A stretch of 64,000 nt of DNA. It comes from Patescibacteria group bacterium. Lineage in GTDB: Bacteria; Patescibacteriota; Doudnabacteria; UBA920; O2-02-FULL-48-8. A program made the translations under genes and the position numbers. The notes under the pieces are model-generated. The model was given only the letters and a program-made list of their open reading frames with translations. It did not search any database and was not told the origin of the DNA. Positions 9,650 through 18,487 of the stretch are shown here, one piece after another (within the stretch, counting starts at the first letter, position 1; each line of letters opens with the position of its first letter). The stretch covers positions 91,892 to 155,891 of the forward strand of contig DASUKB010000001.1 in NCBI GenBank assembly GCA_036278915.1. The letters are read 5' to 3'.

Positions 9650-9787
9650 CGCCCCATACGGGTGTGGAGAGTTAGAAGAAAAAAATCACTGATTTAAATT
9701 ACTTTCATTTTTATTAAATATACAAATTCAATTGATGAAGCAGATTACACCACATCTTTGGTACGATAAGCAGGCAAGAGGAGTATT

Positions 9788-10288
9788 ATGAACATACTAT
9801 ATGATGTAGCGGCGTGGGGGGCATTCTTTATGGCTGTAGCCGGAGCCGGGGCGGCTCTCACCGGACTTGTATTTGTAAGTATCACTTTGAATTTACAAAA
9901 AATCGTGGGGTCCGCCCGGTTGGTGGGGCGCGCAGAAGAAGCAGTGCTGCATTTGCTCTCAACTGTTATACTTTCTCTCGTCTGTCTTATGCCTGGCATA
10001 TCGGCTAAGCTTACCGGCATATTTGTACTCATACTTATAATCCCGACGTGGATTTTCTTAACTGACCTGCACCGCCGGGCTTACGCGGAGCAAAAGCAGG
10101 AAAACATGCGCTCGTTTATGTCGCGGTTCGTGCCAGCGCAGGTGGCGCTGGTGCCGATTATAATTTCTGGCATAAGCCTTATGGCGCATGGCGGCGGCGG
10201 TTTGGGCTGGCTGGCATTTGGACTTATGGCATCGGTGACAGTGGGCGTGGTGGATGCCTGGGTTTTGACTATAGAGATCATAAGATAA
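9788..10288 (+). CDS. Hypothetical polytopic membrane protein
   Basis: 166 aa with about 5 hydrophobic segments. No recognisable family. Confidence 0.4.
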   Translation: MNILYDVAAWGAFFMAVAGAGAALTGLVFVSITLNLQKIVGSARLVGRAEEAVLHLLSTVILSLVCLMPGISAKLTGIFVLILIIPTWIFLTDLHRRAYAEQKQENMRSFMSRFVPAQVALVPIIISGISLMAHGGGGLGWLAFGLMASVTVGVVDAWVLTIEIIR

Positions 10289-10290
10289 GC

Positions 10291-10548
10291 ATGAGCCCGT
10301 TTTTTGTATACATTATCAAGTGCAAAGACGGGACGCTTTATACCGGCATCACTACGGATTTGGACCGAAGGATTGCGGAGCATAATTCGTCCAAGCTTGG
10401 CGCCAAATACACCCGCGCGCGCCGGCCCGTAAAACTGGCTTATTCCCAAAAATTCCTCACTCGCTCTGCTGCCTGCCGGCAAGAAGCGAGAATCAAGCAA
10501 TTTACGCGTGTGGAAAAGCTTGCGCTCATAAAAAAGAAAAGGCGATAA
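10291..10548 (+). CDS. GIY-YIG nuclease superfamily protein (YhbQ/UPF0213-like)
   Basis: FFVYIIKCKDGTLYTGITTDLDRRIAEHN...AKYTRARRPVKLAY is the GIY-YIG core. Confidence 0.75.
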   Translation: MSPFFVYIIKCKDGTLYTGITTDLDRRIAEHNSSKLGAKYTRARRPVKLAYSQKFLTRSAACRQEARIKQFTRVEKLALIKKKRR

Positions 10549-10620
10549 TTAGAAATTTTTATGGTTATTCGTTGACATGCGTGGTGGTTTTGCTAGAATT
10601 CTCTTTGTGAAGGAGGGTTC

Positions 10621-10830
10621 ATGCAACAGGTCCATTATTTCCACAGCCGAAAGCTTATGGAAGCTTTGGAATTTGCGCGCAAGTCCGGATTCCCCGTAAG
10701 GCTGGCTCCGGCGTGCGCGTACGGTGGATGGGTGAAGCTTGCGGACAACGAAGAAGAGTTCAAGACCCTGTTCAAGAAGGCGGCCCGCAGGTCGCCCGGC
10801 AACGAAGTCGAGGTGCAAATCCTCGCATAG
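10621..10830 (+). pseudogene. Isolated ATP-grasp domain fragment (GC-rich, own promoter/SD/terminator)
   Basis: 69 aa. FPVRLAPACAYGGWVKLADNEEEF...NEVEVQ resembles the B-domain of ATP-grasp carboxylases. The rest of the enzyme is absent. Promoter-like TTGACA-16-TAGAAT at ~10572-10600, a GAAGGAGG SD, and a terminator at ~10841-10875. Confidence 0.3.
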
Positions 10831-10949
10831 ACCAATTTCTGGAAGGTGTCCACCGTGGGCGCCTTCCTTTTTATTTGTGGAAATTACAATTGTCAGTGAA
10901 TTATTTTCTTTGTATGATAAACACAAGCAATTAAGCTGAAGGGATATAT

Positions 10950-11252
10950 ATGTATATAGTGCGCGAAGTGTTTACGGCCAAACCGGGCAATGCGTCCAAA
11001 ATGGCCAAACTTATGAAAAAAGCATTTAAAGCCGACGCTAAAGCTCGCGTGATGACCGACATGGTGGGTCCATACAATACCGTGGTGGTGGAGACAGAAG
11101 TCAAAACCCTGGCGGAGTGGGAACAAACAATGCTGGACATGAAGGCGGGCAAGCCGGACCCAAACATGGACGAGGAAGCCATGAAGGAGATGGCCAACTA
11201 CACCGAGATGTATATGAAAGGCCGACGCGAAATTTATCAGATCCTGGAATAA
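10950..11252 (+). CDS. Small dimeric alpha+beta-barrel-like protein (NIPSNAP/ABM-like)
   Basis: 100 aa. The N-terminal MYIVREVFTAKPG motif resembles NIPSNAP/ABM-fold stress proteins. Weak assignment. Confidence 0.3.
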   Translation: MYIVREVFTAKPGNASKMAKLMKKAFKADAKARVMTDMVGPYNTVVVETEVKTLAEWEQTMLDMKAGKPDPNMDEEAMKEMANYTEMYMKGRREIYQILE

Positions 11253-11256
11253 TTTT

Positions 11257-11619
11257 ATGATTGCAGATTTGGGACGATACGCCAGTCTAGGGTTTTGGGT
11301 GATGCAGGCCGTGGTCGGCATAATTTTTATATACCACAGCGGGTTTAAGATAAAACATCCGTCGCAGATTGCCTCGGCTTACGGCGCACCGGCGTTTGTG
11401 GGCTTGGCCCACGGATTGGTGGAATTGGTAGGCGGGGCTTTGCTGGTGGTAAACTTTTACGCGCAGCCTGTGGCGTTTATATTTGGGCTCATCATGCTTG
11501 GGGCCATATACATGAAGATGTTCAAATGGAACGTCGGGTTCTTCGCGCACGACAAAACCGGCTGGGAATTTGACCTCATCCTGCTGGCCTGTTGTGTGGC
11601 CATAGTCACCAGAGTTTGA
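11257..11619 (+). CDS. DoxX-family membrane protein
   Basis: 120 aa. The hydrophobic pattern with GLVELVGGALLV and the terminal MKMFKW is typical of DoxX. Confidence 0.6.
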   Translation: MIADLGRYASLGFWVMQAVVGIIFIYHSGFKIKHPSQIASAYGAPAFVGLAHGLVELVGGALLVVNFYAQPVAFIFGLIMLGAIYMKMFKWNVGFFAHDKTGWEFDLILLACCVAIVTRV

Positions 11620-11660
11620 TTTACAATTGACAAATCATGTTTGCTTGTTAAAATAAATTT

Positions 11661-12245
11661 ATGATTACGTGGTTTAAAGTAATTGTGTTCTTGCATATAA
11701 TTTCTGCTATCATCTGGATCGGCGCGGTGATCGTGTTGGAAATTTTGGAATGGCAAACCGTGCACGCCACCAGGCGCGAGCAGATCGCATCGCAAACTCA
11801 CCGCCAGAATTGGTTTGGCAAGCGCGTGTTTGCTCCGGCATCTATAGCAACCATTGTGACTGGACTTATTGCTGTGGCTATAGGCAATCCGGCCTTTAAA
11901 CAGTTTTGGGTGATAGTGGCTTTGGTGGGCGTGGCTGTGGCTTTGGGACTTGGCGCGGGCGTCATCGGCCGCACCATGGGTAAGATTTCACAGATGCTGG
12001 CGAATCCGGCCACCACAGATGAACAAATTGAACAGCAGTTTCAGTTCCTTAAGCCGTTTACGTTTCTGGATCTGGCGGTGCTCATATATATTTTGTTTGA
12101 TATGGTTATGCGGCCGGCAACTGCAAACACCGGATTCCTGGGTGTGACTGTCGTATACTTTGCGATCGTGCTTGTATCCATCGCTCTTGCCCGCGCAAAA
12201 TCCCACAGACCAAAAATAGAATTTCACGACCAACCGCACACCTAA
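11661..12245 (+). CDS. Hypothetical integral membrane protein (DUF2269-like)
   Basis: 194 aa with 4-5 TM helices. Terminator hairpin at ~12231-12258. Confidence 0.35.
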   Translation: MITWFKVIVFLHIISAIIWIGAVIVLEILEWQTVHATRREQIASQTHRQNWFGKRVFAPASIATIVTGLIAVAIGNPAFKQFWVIVALVGVAVALGLGAGVIGRTMGKISQMLANPATTDEQIEQQFQFLKPFTFLDLAVLIYILFDMVMRPATANTGFLGVTVVYFAIVLVSIALARAKSHRPKIEFHDQPHT

Positions 12246-12321
12246 CGTGCGGTTTTTTTGACACCCTAAGCGCTTTTTATATTTGTTTGCCAAGCCCTAG
12301 CAATGGTATAATTTTATCAGT

Positions 12322-12588
12322 ATGAAGAAGAATACATTAGTTCTAATAGTTCTCATAATTCTGCCGGTTTTTTTGATAAATGTACTTCAAAACCTAAACA
12401 ATAAATATAAATTCGTATTACTAATAGTTTCTATCTTGTCCAGCTTATGGATTGTTATAAGATCAGCAAGATTTACGAATATAAGAGGTAAGATTATTTG
12501 GATGTCTGTAGGGGGAATATTAGCAGCCTTATTGATTCTATATTTTTGGATTGCTTATTCCTGGGTTCACGCTAATTTTATTTTATAA
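12322..12588 (+). CDS. Small 3-TM protein, tandem paralog 1 (type A, C-term WVHANFIL)
   Basis: MKKNTLVLIVLIILPV... Preceded by a TGgTATAAT extended -10 (12305-12312) and TTGCCA (12287-12292). No SD; likely a leaderless or short-leader mRNA. Confidence 0.55.
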   Translation: MKKNTLVLIVLIILPVFLINVLQNLNNKYKFVLLIVSILSSLWIVIRSARFTNIRGKIIWMSVGGILAALLILYFWIAYSWVHANFIL

Positions 12589-12627
12589 TTATTTGCCAAG
12601 CCCTAGCAATGGTATAATTCTATCTGT

Positions 12628-12906
12628 ATGAAGAAGAATACATTAATCCTTTTATTTTTGATCCTTCTGCCAGTGGGTTTGGGTTTTGCCTATGACGCTT
12701 CTGGTATGTATGACCATACTACTGGAACTAAATTTACGCTCTTATCCATAGCGCTACTTTCTAGCATTTATTTATTTTTTAGATCTTTATCATTAGAAAA
12801 AAGTAACGTCAAGAACTTTTGGGTTGCCATTTCATGTATCTTAATTGCTACTTTATTACTTTTCATTATGGCAGGATATTCGTTTACTAGCCTAGAAATT
12901 GGATAA
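12628..12906 (+). CDS. Small 3-TM protein, tandem paralog 2 (type B, C-term SLEIG)
   Basis: Its 60-nt upstream region is nearly identical to that of paralog 1 (TTGCCA 12593-98, TATAAT 12613-18). Body diverged. Confidence 0.55.
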   Translation: MKKNTLILLFLILLPVGLGFAYDASGMYDHTTGTKFTLLSIALLSSIYLFFRSLSLEKSNVKNFWVAISCILIATLLLFIMAGYSFTSLEIG

Positions 12907-12948
12907 ATGTAAATAATTATTTCGCCACCTAGGGTATATTCTATTGGC

Positions 12949-13221
12949 ATGAAGAAGAATATAATCATATTAATATTTCTTGTTGTGCTACCTACTGTAC
13001 TAGAATTGTTGCCGTTAAACCCAACGGATTATAGCAATAGGACCGCATACAGCCTTTTGACTGTGTCGTTGGTATCGAGCATATGGATATTTGTGCGTAC
13101 ATTAGCATATGAAAAATCTTGGACTAAGTACGCATGGGTAACTGTTTCAGTTATATCAATATTATTTTTTGTAACTTGGATATATATTGGCTACTCGCTG
13201 TCCCATATAGAAATAGGATAA
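12949..13221 (+). CDS. Small 3-TM protein, tandem paralog 3 (type B, C-term HIEIG)
   Basis: MKKNIIILIFLVVLPTV... Upstream GGTATATT -10-like box. Confidence 0.5.
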   Translation: MKKNIIILIFLVVLPTVLELLPLNPTDYSNRTAYSLLTVSLVSSIWIFVRTLAYEKSWTKYAWVTVSVISILFFVTWIYIGYSLSHIEIG

Positions 13222-13273
13222 ATTAAAAAAACAAAATAGCCGAAGGACTTTTTCTAAATTGATATCTAATATT

Positions 13274-13546
13274 ATGAAAATGAAAAGGAATATCTTGATT
13301 TTTATCTTTTTGGTAGTTCTGCCACTCGTTTTGGTAAAAATTATACCAAATCTTAGTAACGAATATAGCTTTGTTGCATTATCGATATCCATATTAGCGA
13401 GTATTTGGATAGTAATAAGGTCTATAAAATTACCAAGTTCCAAAATTAGAATTACTTGGATAATTATAGGAGCATTATTGGTAATTGTATTGAGTTTATA
13501 TTTTTGGCTTGCGTATGCTTGGGTCCATGCAGACTATATTTTATAA
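13274..13546 (+). CDS. Small 3-TM protein, tandem paralog 4 (type A, C-term WVHADYIL)
   Basis: The ORF-track start (13259) is a TTG. The ATG at 13274 (MKMKRNILIF...) aligns with the other copies. Confidence 0.5.
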   Translation: MKMKRNILIFIFLVVLPLVLVKIIPNLSNEYSFVALSISILASIWIVIRSIKLPSSKIRITWIIIGALLVIVLSLYFWLAYAWVHADYIL

Positions 13547-13624
13547 AATTTCATTAAATCATAAATAAAATAGCCATAGGGTCGGTTGTTTGACAAGCCC
13601 CAGCAATGGGTATATTTTATCGAT

Positions 13625-13873
13625 ATGAAGAAAAAGTTGATTATATTTCTAAGTTTGGTAGTACTACCCGATTTAATTGGTTATTGGTTTTATAATACAA
13701 GAATTTATACTGTAACTTCATGGGTTTCGATTCTGGCGTCACTGTGGTTGTTAGTTTTAAGTATTAAAGAGAGAAATTGGGTTCATTTTAGTATTTTTCT
13801 TTTAATCTTTGTTGCGGCAGTAATGTATTTCTTAATTGGTATATCGATTAGTCACATAGAAATAGGCGGATAA
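13625..13873 (+). CDS. Small 3-TM protein, tandem paralog 5 (type B, C-term HIEIGG)
   Basis: The ORF-track start at 13586 lies inside the promoter (TTGACA 13589-94, 16-nt spacer, TATATT 13611-16). The ATG at 13625 (MKKKLIIF...) aligns with the family. Terminator ~13896-13925. Confidence 0.5.
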   Translation: MKKKLIIFLSLVVLPDLIGYWFYNTRIYTVTSWVSILASLWLLVLSIKERNWVHFSIFLLIFVAAVMYFLIGISISHIEIGG

Positions 13874-13945
13874 AATACCGAAAACAAAAAACCAAAACAA
13901 AAATAGCCACAGGGGCTATTTTTTTCGTAATTAATTTCTAATTTT

Positions 13946-16690
13946 ATGAAACATACTTTGAAAATATTAATACCAGCAGTTTTTGTATGTTTGTTTTTTG
14001 CCCACACTGCCAACGCGCAAGTCAACTTCCGTATCCATAGCTTCGGCATGATCTTGCAGCCAAATGACGCGCCAGGCCAGTACACCTTTTTGATTAAACA
14101 AAAGATTAATGGCGAGTATGTGGACCTTATAAACAAGCCCTTGGATGTTCACCTTACTGATCTTGTAAGCTTGTTCGCATCTCTTGATAATGAAGATTAC
14201 CTTATTACGATGGATTTGCCGCCCGGTGCGGTGCTGGACAGCGTGGATTGTACGGATTCGAATTCTTTAAGTACGTTCATCCCAATCCCGGGAGGTGTAC
14301 ACGCGCTCCCGCAAGGTACGGGTAATCTTCTTTGTACTTTTACTACTTCAAAAGCTGCGACAAGCAAGACACCTGTTCTAATCGTTCCAGGAGTACTTGG
14401 AACTAATATTAAAAAAGGTGACGATGTCCTATGGCTAAATCCACTTAAGTCAATAGTGGATCCAGCTGATCATTTCATGAATTCTTTGTCTTTCAGCACT
14501 GATTTAAATCCGGTCGATCCCGATGTAACCTTTGGATCTGTCATAGGTAAGGTTGGCGTGGGTAGAATTAGTTATGATTACACTCAAAGTTTACGGCAAG
14601 AGTTGATAGACCAGCATTATACCGAAGGTGTTGATCTGTTTACCTTTCCATATGATTGGCGTTATGGCGTTTCTGGTAAAGATTCAAGTGGAGATTTTGT
14701 AAATCTCAAGGCATTTGAGGGCCAGATGAATTATATTTTGACACAGACCGGTGCGGGCAGGTCAGCTGGTAAGGTGGATGTAATTGCCCATTCAACAGGC
14801 GGTTTAATCGTTAAGTAGTATATTCAAGAACATCCGTCGGATAATCATATAGATAAGGCTGTTTTTGTGGGTACCCCAAACTTAGGCGCACCCAAAGCTT
14901 ACAAAGTTCTTATCGCTGGAGATAACTTTACTATACAGGGATTGAGCGATAGTGAGATGAAATTTTTGGCTCAAAACATGCCAGTAGTTTACGATTTAGC
15001 CGCAGACCAGAATTATTATAATCTGGCGGGTAGTCCAATGACTATCCATTTCGACCCAGCGTTAGGTAAACCAGATACTCAGGATACTCTAACCGAAATG
15101 ACTAACCAGTTAGAAAATAATGATCTAATTAACTCATTGGCGATGTCGGATAGTCAGGTCTTACATGACTCTTTGGATAATTTGGATATTTCTAGCACGA
15201 ATGTGGATACTTACAATATTATTGGTTGCAAAACAGGTACTTTTGGAAGTTTTACAGCAAATTTGGGTATAAATAATGATATAGAATCGTTTGATTTTCC
15301 TAAAATCACGCCTGGTGATGGGACGGTCCCGCTTTTGAGCGCTAAAAGTATAAATGCTTCCGATGATCATACCTTTTATGCGCCGGGGGTTCAGCATAGT
15401 AGTTTACTTTCTGCTGATGGACCAATGCAGGAGATCGTAAATATTGTAAGCGGCAGTAATTTGGATGTCGGCAAGGTTGTATCGCAATCCAGCCTTAATG
15501 ATGACCCTTCTCAATGCCAACTCAAGAAAGGGAAATTTTTGGGAATCTTCAGCCCTGTTTCTATAAGCATTACGGATCAGGAAGGGCAGATTTCGCAAGT
15601 TCTAGATGACGGCAGCATAGAAAATGACATTCCCGGAGCAGATTATGAAGTCTGGGGCGAACATAAGTATATTTATCTTCCCACAGATGCCGGCCAGCAG
15701 TATTCGATTGAACTGACAGGCACAGGAACCGGGACTTTTACTCTCAAGGATGAGGATATTGAAGATAATAATGTTACTGGAACGGAGGTGTTCAGTAATC
15801 TGCCAGTGACGACCAGCCTCAAAGGCCAGGTCGTGTTAGCTGATACCTCTTCGCTTGAATTGGATAACAATGGGGATGGTGTATTTGATCAAACACTCTT
15901 GCCGACTTCGGTTGTAAATGGCGAGCAATCCGACGATATAACTCCTCCCATTACCTCGGCGGATATTTCTGGCATCCAAGGACAGCCAAATTATTTCCGC
16001 AGTAACGTTGCTATCAAATTATCCGCGCAGGATTTTGTGGATCCGGCCAAGCCAAATCAAACCTCCGGCATGCTGAATACGCACTTCAGTTTAGACGGAT
16101 CAGAGATAGAAAATTACCAAGTACCAATTACCGTTTCTTCGGAAGGCGCGCACACAATCCGATTTTTCTCAACGGATCGGGCAGGGAACAATGAGCCCGA
16201 GCAAACAATCAACTTTGTTGTGGACAAAACTGCGCCTGAATTTAGTATCCAATTTGATCCCAGCAGCCAAGATATTAAATTTACGGGCACAGACAATTTG
16301 ACTCCGGCTGAAAATGTAAGCCTCCAGGACAATGATGATCAGATAATAATTAGCGATCAAGCCGGCAACACTTCAGAAATTATCCTGTCGAGCAAGGATC
16401 GCAAGAAAAAAATGACTGCCGAGATTGAAGGACTTTTGTATAACGGCGTGGCGGCGGATTTGAGCAAAAATAAATTTAGTTTCAGCTGGCAGTACGACAA
16501 ACAAGGCCAGCTCAAAAAACTTACGCAAAGCGCGCAGGATAAGAAAAACTTTAGAATTGATGCCACTTTCGACGGGCAGCAAACCCGTTTTCGCGGAAAT
16601 GGCAACCAAGGAAAAATAAACGAGCTGCGGCCTGGACTAGTCTCCCTAAAAATTCGCACGCAGACAGGGGATCTGATGTGGTCGTATTAA
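13946..16690 (+). pseudogene. Secreted LCAT/PGAP1-like alpha/beta-hydrolase (lipase/acyltransferase) with C-terminal beta-rich domains, interrupted by one in-frame TAG (14816-14818)
   Basis: Signal peptide MKHTLKILIPAVFVCLFFAHTANA. PVLIVPGVLGTNIKKGDDVLWLNP (the LCAT-family PVvLvPG motif). Nucleophile elbow AHSTGGLIVK, then TAG, then YIQEHP...KAVFVGTPNLGAPKAYK in the same frame. Later GDGTVPLLSAKS and HSSLLS. The two ORF-track entries (13946..14818, 14867..16690) share one frame. Confidence 0.6.
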
Positions 16691-16762
16691 TTGCTTGCGT
16701 AAATATTTGAATAAAAACATCTGCTTGACCGCGGGTGTTTTTATTTGTGCTAATATAAATGT

Positions 16763-18010
16763 ATGCTGAGCAAACAAAAACAAATTCTTACATTTGACCA
16801 AAGGCTGGAGGCGCTCAAACCCAGTGCGCAGGAATTGCTGCTCAAAAACCGCCGGTTTGAAGGCGAGCACCAGTACACCGTGCCGTCGCCTGCGACATAT
16901 CCGTACCAGTGGCTCTGGGATTCGTGTTTCCATGCCATAGTCCTCACGCATTTCAATGCCGAGGATGCCAAAAAAGAATTATTATCCCTGGTGGCGCGGC
17001 AGTTTCCAAACGGCATGATCCCGCATATGATCTACTGGAAAATGGCGGAAGTTATACGCGTGGCGTGGGGCACGGAGGGCACTTCAAGCATCACCCAGCC
17101 GCCGCTTCTGGCCCAGGCTGTGGAGCGCATTTGGAATTTGGACCACGACAAAGCATTTTTGGAAAATATCTACCCGCATCTTTATCATTTTTACAATTAT
17201 CTGCTCACTGACCGCGACCCCAGGCACCATCACCTTATCGGCATTATAAATCCGGATGAGTCGGGGGAGGATAATTCGCCGCGGTTTGACATACCGCTGG
17301 GCATGGGGCCGAAACAGACGCTGGAGGAAAATTTCCAAAGGCGCATGGAGCTTATAGACAAAAATAAAGATTGCAAATTTGACGCGCCGTTCTGCATGAA
17401 GAATTTTTTCTGGGTCAAGGATGTGCCGTACAATGCGATTATGATAGTAAATTTGCGCGCTCTGGCTTCGCTTGCAGCCGCGCTGGGCAATGCTGATGAC
17501 GAAGTTTACTTCGGCCAGCAGGCCGACGAGGTGGCGCTCTCCATGCGCGCGCGCATGTTTGAAGATGGTTTGTTCTGGTCCACGTATGGCCAGGATTACA
17601 AAAAAATTAAAGTCAAAACCTGGGCCATATTTGCGCCATTGATTGCCAAAGTCCTCACGCAGGATGAGGCGGAAAAACTTGTGACCGAATATTTGTTTAA
17701 TCCCCGCGAATTTGGCGCCAGGTTTGGCGTGCCTACAGTGTCCAAGTCCGAACCCTCGTATGACCCGAAGGGTTTTTGGCGCGGCCCCACGTGGATAGCC
17801 ATAAATTGGTTTATCTATCACGGCCTGCTGAATTATAATTTTCAGGCAGCGGCAGACCGCGTGCGAGACGCAAGCTTGCGGCTGGTGGAGGCTTCGGGAT
17901 TCCGCGAACAATTCCACCCGGACACAGGCGAGGGGGCCGGCGCTTTGGAATTCACCTGGGGCACTTTGGTTTTGGATATGACTCCAAAAATTAATCCAAA
18001 CACTTTATGA
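16763..18010 (+). CDS. (alpha/alpha)6-barrel glycoside hydrolase, GH63-like (mannosyl-/glucosyl-glycerate hydrolase family)
   Basis: YPYQWLWDSCFHAI is the WDSxF motif of GH63/MGH-type enzymes. 415 aa. Confidence 0.5.
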   Translation: MLSKQKQILTFDQRLEALKPSAQELLLKNRRFEGEHQYTVPSPATYPYQWLWDSCFHAIVLTHFNAEDAKKELLSLVARQFPNGMIPHMIYWKMAEVIRVAWGTEGTSSITQPPLLAQAVERIWNLDHDKAFLENIYPHLYHFYNYLLTDRDPRHHHLIGIINPDESGEDNSPRFDIPLGMGPKQTLEENFQRRMELIDKNKDCKFDAPFCMKNFFWVKDVPYNAIMIVNLRALASLAAALGNADDEVYFGQQADEVALSMRARMFEDGLFWSTYGQDYKKIKVKTWAIFAPLIAKVLTQDEAEKLVTEYLFNPREFGARFGVPTVSKSEPSYDPKGFWRGPTWIAINWFIYHGLLNYNFQAAADRVRDASLRLVEASGFREQFHPDTGEGAGALEFTWGTLVLDMTPKINPNTL

Positions 18011-18486
18011 ACATTGCCATAGATCTTATAGCTGCCGTACTTATAATTTTCGGCACCATAGGTTCAGTGTTGCCGTTTCTGCCAGGGCTGCCTCTGGCCT
18101 GGCTCGGGCTTTTGGTGTACGCCTGGTACTGGGACTTTGCCCGCATCGGGGCTTTGGGACTTTTGGTGTTTGCGATTCTTATAATCTTAAGCCTGGTGGT
18201 GGACGTGGCGGCTCCAGCAATTGCAGCTCGCGGCCATAGGGCCTCGCGTTACGGCTTGGTAGGTGCAAGTTTGGGCGGAATTCTCGGCGTAATTTTCCTG
18301 GGACCGATCGGCGTGCTGTTTGGGCCGTTTGTGGGATCGTTTGTGGGCGAGGTAATGCATGCCAAAACCACAAAACAGGCTTTGCGCGTGGCTTGGGCAT
18401 CCCTGGGCGGGCTCATTATAAGTTCCGGCTTTAAATTGATCATCGGTTTCAGCATGCTGGTGTATTTTGTAATCAAACTTTTTTGA
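18007..18486 (+). CDS. DUF456-family membrane protein
   Basis: IIFGTIGSVLPFLPGLPLAWLGLLVYAW matches DUF456. 4 TM segments. Confidence 0.65.
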   Translation: MNIAIDLIAAVLIIFGTIGSVLPFLPGLPLAWLGLLVYAWYWDFARIGALGLLVFAILIILSLVVDVAAPAIAARGHRASRYGLVGASLGGILGVIFLGPIGVLFGPFVGSFVGEVMHAKTTKQALRVAWASLGGLIISSGFKLIIGFSMLVYFVIKLF

Positions 18487-18487
18487 G

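Noticed and set aside
12280-13930. CRISPR array suspected from evenly spaced ~300-bp repeats
   Set aside because: The repeats are whole gene-plus-promoter units encoding paralogous proteins. There are no short identical direct repeats with unique spacers.
16646-17917. Long minus-strand ORFs (101 aa, 277 aa) across the GH63-like gene
   Set aside because: They are antisense to a gene with a clear glycoside-hydrolase motif. No start context. Frame-shadow ORFs.
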